From positions 1 to 47,986 of IMG/VR virus record IMGVR_UViG_3300048856_000013: a DNA stretch of 47,986 nt, one strand, 5' to 3'. Positions 15,801-25,292 of this stretch are shown here, piece by piece; position 1 is the stretch's first letter; each line of letters opens with the position of its first letter. Origin of the DNA: a virus. Made by a program: the position numbers and the translations under genes. Below the pieces are notes generated by a model that was not told the DNA's origin, did no database searches, and saw only the letters and a program-made list of their open reading frames with translations.

Positions 15801-16279
15801 TAGAACTCCACCGCGGAGCCGTCGCCCCACTCTGCTTGCGACCCATCGGGCCATTGATAGGCATTCGGATTTTCAGTTGCGGGAGCCGACGTGATTGAGA
15901 GAGCCAGGACCGCATCCTGAGGGCTGTTGCTCGCCGTTTTTGATACGTCGGAAATACCCAAGATCAGTATGACTGAGGGCAGCACACCGCCACCTCGCCT
16001 GAGGATGCGCCGCCGGGTTGCGTCATTCGGATCAATGATTGCGAAGTCGCCACCCAGCGTTAGCCGCCGATCCGCGCCCGGCGGAACCGCCACGGTCGCC
16101 ATGGCCAGCAGCGTGCCGTCAGGCACGTCTGCGGGGAATGACGGTGCCGCAGCAATCAGACTGACGTTCGGGAGCGTCTCCGATCCACCGGATGGCGGGG
16201 GATGCGCATCAAGGAATGCGCCGCCCCTCAGTCCCGCTCCGGTGCCGACTATGATCCACTGCCCGTTGCGTATCAGCAT
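15800..16279 (-). CDS. Hypothetical tail-fibre-locus protein
   Basis: GGAG 7 nt upstream of ATG 16279; 159 aa. Confidence 0.65.
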   Translation of the reverse strand: MLIRNGQWIIVGTGAGLRGGAFLDAHPPPSGGSETLPNVSLIAAAPSFPADVPDGTLLAMATVAVPPGADRRLTLGGDFAIIDPNDATRRRILRRGGGVLPSVILILGISDVSKTASNSPQDAVLALSITSAPATENPNAYQWPDGSQAEWGDGSAVEF

Positions 16280-16402
16280 GTGTCAGCTCCATGCATGAGG
16301 TGTGGCGCCCGACGTTTCCGCCGCGCGTTGGGTGGGCTCGGAGGGAGCTGAGAGGGTGTTAGGCTGGGTGGCGCCGGAGACGGGCGGTGCGGCGGATGGC
16401 GG

Positions 16403-16699
16403 TCATTCCACGCCACTCGCGTGGAGATCGCGCGCCCGCTCGATGATCCATTGATCCGCCTCAGGCAGATCGTCGGAGGAAATCTGCGCCACCTTATCCA
16501 GGTGCCGCAGGAGCCAGTCGTGCTCCTCTTCCAGGCTGACGTGCTCGGCTGTCTTGCCGCCGTCCGCGATCGTCAGGAACAGGCCGGTCAGATGTGCGGG
16601 TACATCAGCCAGATCCACCTGCGCGACTTCGAGCAGACCCGCCCGCAGCCGGAGGATTTCCGTTGCCAACCCGGGCTGGGCGTCGCGGTGCGCGGTCAT
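16403..16699 (-). CDS. Small acidic protein (possible fibre/spike chaperone)
   Basis: ATGA overlap with the upstream gene; 98 aa. Confidence 0.6.
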   Translation of the reverse strand: MTAHRDAQPGLATEILRLRAGLLEVAQVDLADVPAHLTGLFLTIADGGKTAEHVSLEEEHDWLLRHLDKVAQISSDDLPEADQWIIERARDLHASGVE

Positions 16700-17448
16700 G
16701 CCAGCACCAGCCCGCGATCCGCCATCCGCTCCTTTGAGCGGAGGTAGATGGCCATCAGCGCCGTGGCATCCTTGGCGTCCGGGAAGAAGATGGCCTCGGC
16801 CAAGTCAAGCGGGTTCTCGATATAGCCGGCTGCGTTGCGGTAGGCGTTGCCAATCACCCGCTTGCGCATCGGCGTGGCCAGGGTCTTCGTACCTGTGGTA
16901 GTCGCGGTGATGAAGCTCGATCCATCAACACCCCGGTACACCGTGCGCGTACCGGTGGCGCGGCTCTGCGCCACGAACAACCAAGTCGCCGCCGGCATGG
17001 AACCGGCAGCCGTGGTTGCCTGCGCCGAGTAGCCCCGCACGCTGCAAGCCAGGCGCTCCAGGTCGGAGAGGTAGAAGAACTCGCCACCGGCGGCAGTGGT
17101 GCCGAGGTCGGATGCCAGGATCAGCGTCTGCGCGCTGGTCGGCGCCGGGTAGCGCATGACGAAGCAGTCGGTGCCAGCCGCGTCGTCATCATCCCATGGC
17201 GTGATCAGTCCGCGCAGGCCACCGCCGGGCAGCGTCAGGTAGGCGCCTGGATAGGTCGGGGCCAAGCCGGTCGGCGTCAGCACCAGACCAGCCTTCGTTC
17301 CGACCAACCCCGCGCTGCTGCCCTTGTCGAACAGCCAGTGCTCGGTCGCGGTCTGCTCATAATCCGGATAGTCCGGCATCAGCGCGGCCGGGACTTTCGG
17401 CAGGGTCGTATCGGTGACGGTCACGTCCAGAACGGTGACAGCAGGCAT
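16696..17448 (-). CDS. Tail-fibre-locus protein, possibly LamG/concanavalin-like
   Basis: Start refined to ATG 17448 (MPAVTVLDVTV...). Beta-rich composition. The fold call is tentative. Confidence 0.6.
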   Translation of the reverse strand: MPAVTVLDVTVTDTTLPKVPAALMPDYPDYEQTATEHWLFDKGSSAGLVGTKAGLVLTPTGLAPTYPGAYLTLPGGGLRGLITPWDDDDAAGTDCFVMRYPAPTSAQTLILASDLGTTAAGGEFFYLSDLERLACSVRGYSAQATTAAGSMPAATWLFVAQSRATGTRTVYRGVDGSSFITATTTGTKTLATPMRKRVIGNAYRNAAGYIENPLDLAEAIFFPDAKDATALMAIYLRSKERMADRGLVLA

Positions 17449-17459
17449 GTGCCGCCCTT

Positions 17460-19223
17460 TCAGTTCTTGGTTGTCAGGAGGTATTCGACCGCGGCATCCC
17501 ACACGTCGCCTTGCGGGGCGGTGTAGGCGCCGACGAAATCCCAATAGAGCTTGTTCATGCCGACGCGGCTGGAGATGTAGAAGCGCCGGTTTGGCTTGTC
17601 CCAGCCCTTCAGCCAGCGCATCTCCAGCGCGTAGCCTGCTGGCCCCCAAAGCTTCGCGTCGCCGGCCTGAGTGGTGATCTGCGCGAAGCCATCCTGGCTG
17701 ACATCTTCAATCTGCCAGAAGCGATCGTCACGAGTGGCCGCGTTGCTGATCACCGTGCCATTGCTGTGGGTCCGGGCGACGCAAGCCATGGCGAGGTAGG
17801 CGCCGACAGCGCCGCCGGGATATGTCAGCCCAACCAGATGCTGGACCCGGTTGGAGAGCACCCACCGCACACCGCCATCATCGCGGGTGAATTCCCAACG
17901 CCGCAGCAGGTCGTAGACCTGATCACCCTTGGGCACCCATGTGGTCTCGGTGGTTGACCCAGGGCGCCAGCCGGCCGACCGCTGGAACATTTCGAACCGG
18001 CGGCATTCAAGGCGCTGGCCTGCGCTCAGCGTGATCGGCACCCCATCCGCCATGGCGAGGAAGGATATCTTTTCCTCATTGCCGTGGTTCGAACCACCGA
18101 CAAAATTTGCCCAGCCCTGCGCCTGAAGCGCACACTCCTGCTCGCCTTCGATGAAGATTTCCTGGCCGAGGGTGAAGGCGCCGTCGTTGCCGATGGTGCT
18201 CTCGTAGATATTGTGGACGCGCCAGACATCCGAGTTCTTGGCGGCATTGACCACATTCTTGATGATATACGCGACGTACTTGCCGGAGTTGGCGATCTGC
18301 CCCTTCGCGTGCAACCGGATCTCGGTCGCGGACACGACCTGCGCCACCATCTCAGGGCGCAGGGAACTGATGCCGCCGGCGACCGGCGGGAAGGCCTCCC
18401 CGGTATCGGCATAGAAGCCGCGCAACACGCGCCGGCTCGGCACGGCGACAGTGAGCGGCTGGAAAGGACGTCCGTTCACGGTGATGGCCGGCAACTGCCG
18501 GATACCGCCGGTGCGCGTCTCGACCGCCTGCACCTGCTGAACCGTCGCGGATGGCCGCATGGGCTCCCCGGTGTCGGTCCACACGCCGTCCAACACCGTC
18601 CGGTCCTTGTTGACCCGCGTGGGCTGCAGCATGCGCCCGCCCACGTTGATTGGCGGCAGGTCGATGACCGACTTCACACGGTTCTGCGTCGCCGCCAGCC
18701 CGGTACCAACAGCCGCCAGCGTCAGGCTGCTGGTCTGCACCCAGGCGCCGCCGCGCTTGGTCCAGATGCCGTTCAGTGCCGGGTTCGGGTCACCGATGAC
18801 CTGCACGGACTGCTTCTCGGCGTAGCTGCCGAGCACCGCCTCGATATCGACGCGCGTGTCGTAGCTGTCTGTGAGCGAGAGGGCGGCCGTGGCATTGGCG
18901 GCAGCCTGTTCTGCCTCCGCCACCTTCGTGCTGGTGGCTACCGCGACCTGCTGCGCGGTGTCGCGCGCCGTCTCTGCTGCGGTGCGCGCACCCTGCGCCG
19001 CAATCCGCTCTTCACGCGACATGTCCGCCGCGTCGAGCGCGACGGCCTCACTGGCGGCGGCGCTGTCGGCGAAGGGCTTCGCGGCATCCGCGCCGGCGAC
19101 AGCCCCCGTCTCAGCGCCCGATCCCGCGCCCGCGCTCGCACCGGCAGCGGCGCCGACCTGATGGACCTGACGCCAAGGCGTGCTGGTGGCCGGGACATCA
19201 CCCGGCGGGATGGTCTCGCTCAT
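17460..19223 (-). CDS. Tail fibre/receptor-binding protein
   Basis: Ala-rich coiled N-terminus. Internal ~40-aa repeat (IDLPPINVGGRMLQPTRV...VLDGVWTDTGEPMRP / RQLPAITVNGRPFQPLTV...VLRGFYADTGEAFPP). Confidence 0.75.
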   Translation of the reverse strand: MSETIPPGDVPATSTPWRQVHQVGAAAGASAGAGSGAETGAVAGADAAKPFADSAAASEAVALDAADMSREERIAAQGARTAAETARDTAQQVAVATSTKVAEAEQAAANATAALSLTDSYDTRVDIEAVLGSYAEKQSVQVIGDPNPALNGIWTKRGGAWVQTSSLTLAAVGTGLAATQNRVKSVIDLPPINVGGRMLQPTRVNKDRTVLDGVWTDTGEPMRPSATVQQVQAVETRTGGIRQLPAITVNGRPFQPLTVAVPSRRVLRGFYADTGEAFPPVAGGISSLRPEMVAQVVSATEIRLHAKGQIANSGKYVAYIIKNVVNAAKNSDVWRVHNIYESTIGNDGAFTLGQEIFIEGEQECALQAQGWANFVGGSNHGNEEKISFLAMADGVPITLSAGQRLECRRFEMFQRSAGWRPGSTTETTWVPKGDQVYDLLRRWEFTRDDGGVRWVLSNRVQHLVGLTYPGGAVGAYLAMACVARTHSNGTVISNAATRDDRFWQIEDVSQDGFAQITTQAGDAKLWGPAGYALEMRWLKGWDKPNRRFYISSRVGMNKLYWDFVGAYTAPQGDVWDAAVEYLLTTKN

Positions 19224-19576
19224 GCGCCCCCCAAGGCTTCAACGGTAATGGGCGCGGCCTCCGCCGCAGGATGTTGGATGGAGCCCCAGACGGTGTAGAT
19301 GCCCGGCATCTCCATCGGCACGTCCGCACGCCATTGGCCAGGCGCCGTCTGCACCCAAGGTGCCGTTGCTACTTGGCTCTCGAAGTCGGACAGGGCTGGC
19401 CGCCAGTAGATCGCACCAAAGCCGGAAGCCTCCGGCACGAGGGCATCGGTGATCTCGTCGCACGCATCGAAGAACACGGAGACCGTGGCCCCCAGGGGAC
19501 GCTGCTTCATTCGTGCGTCTCGGTACGGCCCGATGCGCGCACGCAAGATCACTGCCCGGGGATTGGTTCCCGACAT
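19220..19576 (-). CDS. Hypothetical tail-fibre-locus protein
   Basis: GGAGA upstream of ATG 19576; its stop forms an ATGA overlap with the start of the next gene downstream. Confidence 0.65.
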   Translation of the reverse strand: MSGTNPRAVILRARIGPYRDARMKQRPLGATVSVFFDACDEITDALVPEASGFGAIYWRPALSDFESQVATAPWVQTAPGQWRADVPMEMPGIYTVWGSIQHPAAEAAPITVEALGGA

Positions 19577-19607
19577 GCGGTGGTCTCCAAATTGTAGGGG
19601 TGGCCGG

Positions 19608-20207
19608 TTAGGCGGGGGCCATCGCGGTCAGATGGACCCTGACGCTGGCGGCGGCTTGCGTGTTGAGCAGCGTCAGGAGGATGACGGGCTTGGTGGCTTT
19701 TACCGTCATGGTGGTGTTGGTGATGTTCGTGATCTTGACGGTGACCGTGTCGGCAGAGGTGTCCTCCACGTCGGCGGAACCGACTGGTTTGACGCCGGCA
19801 GAGTAGGCCGAGGGGAAGGTCCAGGTGGCCACGCCGTTGCTGTCCGTCGTGAGGATGGTGCGCTGGATCTGGGGAGCGTCTTTGCCGGCTGGGCCGATAT
19901 CGCCCTTCGCCCCTGCCGGCCCCACATCACCTTTGGGGCCCTGAGGCCCCGCTGCCCCGGTATCTCCCTTTGGACCCTGGGCGCCGGTGGCGCCGGCAGA
20001 TCCTGTTTCTCCTTTGGCTCCTGAAGAGCCGGCGTCGCCCTTGGGGCCGACCGCTCCTTGGTCGCCCTTGTCCCCCTTGGGACCGGGAGGGCCGGAAGAC
20101 ATCAGATCAATGGATTTAGCCAGAACGGGCTTTCCATTCTGGATGATCCTCACCGTCTCTTCGCCGGTGATCGGGCCTGCTGCTGGAGCGCGTGGAGGGG
20201 TTGCCAT
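19608..20207 (-). CDS. Collagen-like (Gly-X-Y) repeat tail fibre protein
   Basis: [70 protein letters not shown]; GGAG upstream. Confidence 0.85.
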   Translation of the reverse strand: MATPPRAPAAGPITGEETVRIIQNGKPVLAKSIDLMSSGPPGPKGDKGDQGAVGPKGDAGSSGAKGETGSAGATGAQGPKGDTGAAGPQGPKGDVGPAGAKGDIGPAGKDAPQIQRTILTTDSNGVATWTFPSAYSAGVKPVGSADVEDTSADTVTVKITNITNTTMTVKATKPVILLTLLNTQAAASVRVHLTAMAPA

Positions 20208-20219
20208 GAGACAGCTCCA

Positions 20220-20663
20220 TTATTTCGAAGGTGCGAAAATCATATCGGCCCGCTCTTCCCCGAAGCGGGCCGCGAATGTGGAGCGCAGTGTGATGTAAAG
20301 CGGGTTGTTGTGCATGACGCTGTTGGCGTCGTCCCACATCCTGCGCTCCTTCACCGGAGCTTCTTGCAGGCCAGCGTCTAAGGCAGAGGCTTCATCATCA
20401 GTGCATCGATCCCAGATGTCTGTTTTCCAGGTGAAGGCTTCTGCCTCAAGCACGGGAGGCTCTGGCGCGGAGATGAACTTCCCACCGGCATACAACCATC
20501 CTGAGCGAACAACTGCCGCCTGATCGTGCGTGAGCTGCACAAAGTTGGCCAGAACGTCCGGATGAAATCGGTCCGACATCGCGTAGTCGATCCCGTCAAC
20601 GGTGACAATCTCAGGCTCGACTAGGACGACAGAGTTGTTTTGGATGAGAGCAAACATGTTCAT
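20220..20663 (-). CDS. Tail-fibre assembly/chaperone-like protein
   Basis: Start refined to ATG 20663 (ATGA overlap with the fibre stop). The upstream part of ORF 20220-21212 is an out-of-frame shadow of the fibre gene. Confidence 0.6.
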   Translation of the reverse strand: MNMFALIQNNSVVLVEPEIVTVDGIDYAMSDRFHPDVLANFVQLTHDQAAVVRSGWLYAGGKFISAPEPPVLEAEAFTWKTDIWDRCTDDEASALDAGLQEAPVKERRMWDDANSVMHNNPLYITLRSTFAARFGEERADMIFAPSK

Positions 20664-21535
20664 GGGAGCCACAGCACCTTCACCAGACCACGGGCTCCCG
20701 CCCCCCCGGCGCCGCCAATGATGCCGCCGTTTCCACCACCTCCTGGAAACACACCCGGAGCGCCGTTCAGGCTGGTAGTAGAGACACCCACGGGCGTGTT
20801 GCTGACCCCAAAGGTGCCGCCGCCAACCCCCTGCGCCATGGCCCCGTTGGGGAGTTGGAAACCTGTCCCGCCACTGTTGCCATTGAAGCCGGTACCGCCG
20901 GCGCCACCGGTGCCGCCAGGGCCTGCGGCGGCCTGAATGCCATTGTTTCCTGCGGCCCCGGGCGTTCCAGCCAAAGCGGTCATCAGTGATCCGAAGCTTG
21001 TAGGTGTGCCCGCGGCTCCATTGGTGGGGTTTCCGTTTCCTGGGGTCCCCGCTTGCCCGATGGTCACGAGGTAGGCTTGGCCTCCTGTGACTGCGACAAC
21101 GCCTTCCCGGTACTCGCCGCCGCCGCCTGCAGAGCCGGCTCCGTTCGTCCCGAATGATCCGCCACCAGAGCCGCCGGGACCCCACATCTGGATGGCGGCT
21201 CGACTTGCCCAACTGGGCGCAGTGACAGGTTGGGTCACACCGATGGAAGCCGGAATTCCCGAGCCAGCAAAGGCGGCGAGCGCATCTCGCAGGGCATTCA
21301 GATCGGATGCGTCCGGCGTCACACCAGCCTTCGATAGAACCGCTGCGATCTGTCCGTAGAGCCAGTTGTCCTTGTCATCGAGCCACTGGAACATGGCATT
21401 GTGCAAGCCGAAGGTCGGCGGGTTGGCCCCCAGGAAAGTCAGACCTGCATCGGCCTGATTTTCACTGGGCTCTGCAGCCGTGCCAGTGGAGGCCCACCGC
21501 TTTCCGAAGCGAGCGAACGCCGTTGCAATCGTCAT
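20660..21535 (-). CDS. Glycine-rich tail fibre protein
   Basis: Gly-rich C-terminal half (GGSGGGSFGTNGAGSAGGGGEY..., GGTGGAGGTGFNGNSGGTGF); follows the baseplate genes. Confidence 0.75.
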   Translation of the reverse strand: MTIATAFARFGKRWASTGTAAEPSENQADAGLTFLGANPPTFGLHNAMFQWLDDKDNWLYGQIAAVLSKAGVTPDASDLNALRDALAAFAGSGIPASIGVTQPVTAPSWASRAAIQMWGPGGSGGGSFGTNGAGSAGGGGEYREGVVAVTGGQAYLVTIGQAGTPGNGNPTNGAAGTPTSFGSLMTALAGTPGAAGNNGIQAAAGPGGTGGAGGTGFNGNSGGTGFQLPNGAMAQGVGGGTFGVSNTPVGVSTTSLNGAPGVFPGGGGNGGIIGGAGGAGARGLVKVLWLP

Positions 21536-21544
21536 GGGTCTCTC

Positions 21545-22222
21545 TCAGATCGGATTGATGTTGTCGGAGGATGCGCGCGCGTAGGCGGCCTGCTCATAGC
21601 CAGTCGCACCGGCTTGCTCGGCGTACCCGAAGAACTGCGGCGTGAAATAATTGAAGGTGAACCGCACCCCGGCAGCCCGTGGCAGCAGGTCGCGGATCAA
21701 GAACTCTCGCTGGTCATCGGGTGACGGGATGATCCCTACCCAGATAGCGAAGGCGCCCGGCCCTGTGTCGCGGACAGACACAAGGTCGGTCTTGAAGACG
21801 TGCCGAACCGCGGCAACAATTTCCGCCGCCGTACCATGCCCGTTGTTCAAGGCGATCTTCGCCCGGATCATGGCCCGGTATTCTTCGTCAGGCGCCGTGT
21901 AGCTCTGTGCCGTTGCCTCACCATCGGCGCGGTATCGGGCCACGCCATAAGCGCGGCCGGCCGGCTGCTCAGCATAGCCGAAGTAGGCGAGGTACAGACC
22001 AACCGGCACATCCCGGGCCACGCCGACGATGGAGCCGATCAGGTCAAGGCGGGCGCCCTCAGCGCCGTCCAGGGTGCGGTCGGAGCCGAGCGCATCCAAG
22101 GCCGACGCCGCAGCCGTCAAAGGCCCATAGAAGGCGCGGACGAACCCCTCGGTCTTTGGCTTCCCCACATGCTGTCGGAGAATGTGGCTCCAGGCGATAT
22201 CTCCCTGCTGCTCACGCGCCAT
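21545..22222 (-). CDS. Baseplate-associated protein (DUF2612/XkdU-position)
   Basis: Immediately downstream of the J-like gene, sharing 1 nt with its stop. Confidence 0.65.
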   Translation of the reverse strand: MAREQQGDIAWSHILRQHVGKPKTEGFVRAFYGPLTAAASALDALGSDRTLDGAEGARLDLIGSIVGVARDVPVGLYLAYFGYAEQPAGRAYGVARYRADGEATAQSYTAPDEEYRAMIRAKIALNNGHGTAAEIVAAVRHVFKTDLVSVRDTGPGAFAIWVGIIPSPDDQREFLIRDLLPRAAGVRFTFNYFTPQFFGYAEQAGATGYEQAAYARASSDNINPI

Positions 22223-23676
22223 CAGGACACCTGTGTGCGCGTTAAGGCAAAGCGGGCCCTCTGCCTCGGGCCGATCGTGATGTCATTGCTGGAGTAGGCT
22301 CCCGCGGCCGGCGCGCTGACGCTCACAACCGCAGTCAGGCTCACCCGAGCCACGCCAGAGGTTGCGGCAAAGACCGCAGCCGCAATGCGCTGCAGGAGGA
22401 CATCCTCTCCAACGCCCAGCGCGTTCCCAGCCTGCACCATGGCCGCGGCGGCACGGGCGGCCACATCCCCAGGGACGGTCTCTTCCGAACTGGTGACCAG
22501 CGTCGCTTTCAGCCACACAAGCTGATCTGCGGGTCGGCTGAAGCGGATGGTGTGCGTGTATCCAGTCTCGTCCACGTAGGGGCGCGACGTGGTGCCGTAG
22601 GATGCGATGCCAGCGGGCTTCAGCCGGTAGATTGCCGCAGCGATAGCAGCATCATCGCCACCTTCGATCACCGCCTCGACCGAGTGGGGTGGGCGGCCAT
22701 CCCCATCCGTGCTGTCAGTCGTGTTCTCGTAGACCGCCAGGCTCGTCAGTCCGACGATGTCCTGCAACAGGTTCGCCCTGATGGACGGCATGGTGCCGGC
22801 GCCTAGGCGATAGACGCCAGTTGCGTAGCGGTCCCGCAGTTCCTCATCCGTCTCCAGGTTGGTGCCGAGGGTGGCGTCTTGCGGCTGCTGGACAGCGCTC
22901 CAGCCCGGCGTGGGGGTGATGATGCGAGTGAGGCTGCCGGCAGGAGCCGCAATAGGCCCATCCTCGTCTACAGAGACCAGGGCCGGGCTGGCCAGGGCTG
23001 CGACCGTCAGCGTATCCGACCAAGTGACCGCGAAGCTGGTGTTGCTCACGATCCGGAATGCCGCGCCGCCGGTGGAGACAGTGGCCCCAAGGCCGGCAAG
23101 CTGGTTCGCCAGATTGGTGGCAACGAAGGTCGCGCTGTTACCGGCAGCAGCCGTGTAGGAGACGGCGGTGCCGTTGTAGGTCACCGAGTAGACGGTGCCC
23201 TCATTGACGGTGGCCGGCACGTTGAACAGGACATTGGCAGCGCGGTCTCTGGTAATCACCGTGTCCGAGGTCGTCACGAACCGGGCGGGGACAGCTTCGC
23301 CCTCCGCGAGGTAGGTACTTTCGATGACCGAGCCAATCTCAACGGTCGTCCCCTGCGTTCCGAAGAGCAGGACCCGGGCGGTGGATGGCGTGGGCTGGAT
23401 GCGGGTCACGCCGGCATAGCTAACGGCGAAGTCCAGGGCCAAGCCCTGCGCGGTGGCGGGGTAGGCCGACAGGTATACCGCCTCAGACAGTTCCCACAGG
23501 GCAGCCTCGCGCTCCGCGAAAACTGAGACGAACTGGCCGCTCAAGCTGTCCGGGGTCTCGTCGAAGGGTTGGCCAATCCGGGCCCGCAGGTCGTCGAAGA
23601 TGGACCGGCGGATTTCCGGCAGGCGCATCCGGTTGAAGCCGCCCGGCGTGAGGCCGTAGCTAAGGGTTTCGGACAC
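22222..23676 (-). CDS. Baseplate J-like wedge protein
   Basis: Size, position and J/gp47-like sequence pattern; GTG start 5 nt after GGAGG. Confidence 0.85.
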   Translation of the reverse strand: MSETLSYGLTPGGFNRMRLPEIRRSIFDDLRARIGQPFDETPDSLSGQFVSVFAEREAALWELSEAVYLSAYPATAQGLALDFAVSYAGVTRIQPTPSTARVLLFGTQGTTVEIGSVIESTYLAEGEAVPARFVTTSDTVITRDRAANVLFNVPATVNEGTVYSVTYNGTAVSYTAAAGNSATFVATNLANQLAGLGATVSTGGAAFRIVSNTSFAVTWSDTLTVAALASPALVSVDEDGPIAAPAGSLTRIITPTPGWSAVQQPQDATLGTNLETDEELRDRYATGVYRLGAGTMPSIRANLLQDIVGLTSLAVYENTTDSTDGDGRPPHSVEAVIEGGDDAAIAAAIYRLKPAGIASYGTTSRPYVDETGYTHTIRFSRPADQLVWLKATLVTSSEETVPGDVAARAAAAMVQAGNALGVGEDVLLQRIAAAVFAATSGVARVSLTAVVSVSAPAAGAYSSNDITIGPRQRARFALTRTQVS

Positions 23677-23726
23677 GGGGCCTCCGAAGATATGAATGGC
23701 TGGGCGTCAGAGGAGACGAACTAAGG

Positions 23727-24065
23727 ATGGACCTTCTGGATCGGATCCATCGCTGGCTTCGGCGGAGGGAGTTTGAGCGCCGGAAGGCAGCCATGACGGT
23801 TTCAGGGCCTGCTCTGACACTGGCTCAACAGCGCTCGCGCGCAGCAGAAACTGGCGCGACTGAGTACATGTGGTGCAGCGTCGGCGATGAGCGGGTCTGT
23901 AAGGAATGCCGCAAGCGGGATGGTAAGTTCTTCCGGTACGACGATGCCTCTAGCGTTCACCCCGGAGAATGCCCCGGGTGCACATCTTCAAGGTGCCGAT
24001 GCCGCGCGTCGCCCCTTCTCCCAGGGATGACGAAGGCCGAGTTGCGCCGACTTAACCGGCAGTAG
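23727..24065 (+). CDS. Stand-alone MuF-like C-terminal domain paralogue with CxxC...CxxC
   Basis: WCSVGDERVCKECRKRDGKFFRY...HPGECPGCTSSRCRCRASPLLPGMTKAELRRLN aligns with the C-terminus of 35681-36517. Opposite strand to the late operon, with more A/T-ending codons. Confidence 0.75.
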   Translation: MDLLDRIHRWLRRREFERRKAAMTVSGPALTLAQQRSRAAETGATEYMWCSVGDERVCKECRKRDGKFFRYDDASSVHPGECPGCTSSRCRCRASPLLPGMTKAELRRLNRQ

Positions 24066-24085
24066 TGCTGAGTGGGGCAGATATC

Positions 24086-24319
24086 ATGGTGAAATGGCTT
24101 ATTGCACTGATCGCGGTAGCGTCGGCGGGAGCCGTGGCGCTTCCGATAGCGGTGGGCAACACACTCGACCCCTGCGAAGCGGCGGTTAATTCGTATCTGG
24201 CCCGGCGCCCACCACCCGCCGGCATGGCTGATATTGCCAGAGGGATGATGCTTGAGGCGCTCAGGAGCGGCGGAATTATCGAATGCTACAGAGCCCTGGT
24301 GAATGAGGCGGCCAACTAA
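24086..24319 (+). CDS. Small exported/membrane-anchored protein
   Basis: MVKWLIALIAVASAGAVALPIAVG signal/anchor, two Cys in the mature part. The track ORF starts at 24065 (GTG); ATG 24086 preferred. Confidence 0.6.
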   Translation: MVKWLIALIAVASAGAVALPIAVGNTLDPCEAAVNSYLARRPPPAGMADIARGMMLEALRSGGIIECYRALVNEAAN

Positions 24320-24687
24320 CCCACTGTAAGTGAAGCTTTCACGAGCCCTTCAAGTGAACGGGCACTGAATTCCACCGTGGCGGCGCGGGTCTGGGGATTG
24401 AGCCCCAGGGCGAACGTCTCGACGGCCTGCACGCTCTGCACATCGAGGATCTGGGCGCGCAGGATCGCCTCGATAATCTCCGCCTGGCGCACCTTCCCGA
24501 GGATTTCCTCCAGGTACGGTACGCCATGGGCGTTATCCAGGAACCATTCCCCGCGCCATGTCCGTAGTCGGATGCCGATGGACTGGCCTACCCGAGCGGC
24601 GCCGTCTAATGCGGTCAAGTTCAGCCCCTTGTCGCCAGCGCGGAACACCATGTCACGGCTGGCCGGATCAAGCGCCAGGTCAATCAT
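24316..24687 (-). CDS. Baseplate wedge protein, gp25/W-like (DUF2634/XkdS-type)
   Basis: Start refined to ATG 24687 (ATGA overlap). GQSIGIRLRTWRGEWFLDNAHGVPY pattern. Confidence 0.75.
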   Translation of the reverse strand: MIDLALDPASRDMVFRAGDKGLNLTALDGAARVGQSIGIRLRTWRGEWFLDNAHGVPYLEEILGKVRQAEIIEAILRAQILDVQSVQAVETFALGLNPQTRAATVEFSARSLEGLVKASLTVG

Positions 24688-25292
24688 GCGACAGGCCCGC
24701 TCGTCTGAGCGGCGCCGCTCTGAACGCCACCATGTCGGTGGGTGGATCCGACATTGAGCCCGTCGTGTGTAAGGGTGCCGCCAGTCTGAGTAATGCCGCC
24801 GGCCGTCATGACCCACGAAATGCCGCCCACACTGATCTCGATGGACGCCTCGGTCATGCGGATCTTGGAGGCACCGAACGACAGAACCGCGCCGGACGTG
24901 TCCACCGCCGCGACATTCCTACCGCCGGCGGGATAGGCCACGGCATCAGTCATGTCGAAGCGGCGCGGGTCGTCGGGAGCCGCGTCATTGTCTTGTAGCC
25001 AGCCATCCAGACTGCGCTGGCTGAACTGGAGCCAAACCTGATCGCCGGGCTTCACCGGCATCGTCAGCACGGCGCCGCCCATTGAGGGCCAGAGGATCGG
25101 CACCTCGGCAATGGTGGGTGCCGCCAATTCCGTGCCGTCCGCCACCCGCTTCGGCAGGGTTGGCCGCACCACGGCCCGGTTTCGGGCCGCGTCGAACTCC
25201 ACCACCACGCCCGGCGCGCTGGTGTTCATCTCGCCCATGATGGACCTGATGCCATTCTCCATGGCATCGAGCATCCGGCTCAGGTCCTCCAT
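24684..25292 (-). CDS. Baseplate central spike / assembly protein V-like (Gp138 N-terminal-like)
   Basis: GVVVEFDAARNRAVVRP...GDQVWLQFSQRSLDGW OB-fold-type pattern; position. Confidence 0.75.
   Translation of the reverse strand: MEDLSRMLDAMENGIRSIMGEMNTSAPGVVVEFDAARNRAVVRPTLPKRVADGTELAAPTIAEVPILWPSMGGAVLTMPVKPGDQVWLQFSQRSLDGWLQDNDAAPDDPRRFDMTDAVAYPAGGRNVAAVDTSGAVLSFGASKIRMTEASIEISVGGISWVMTAGGITQTGGTLTHDGLNVGSTHRHGGVQSGAAQTSGPVA

Noticed and set aside
19890-20110. Periodic 9-nt DNA repetition considered as a tandem-repeat or CRISPR-like array
   Set aside because: The periodicity is the Gly-X-Y collagen repeat of a continuous ORF. There are no spacers or a conserved direct-repeat structure.
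20664-21212. N-terminal 183 aa of ORF 20220-21212 (R/W/H-rich)
   Set aside because: It is an out-of-frame overlap of the Gly-rich fibre gene. Only the part from ATG 20663, which forms an ATGA overlap with the fibre stop, looks like a real protein.
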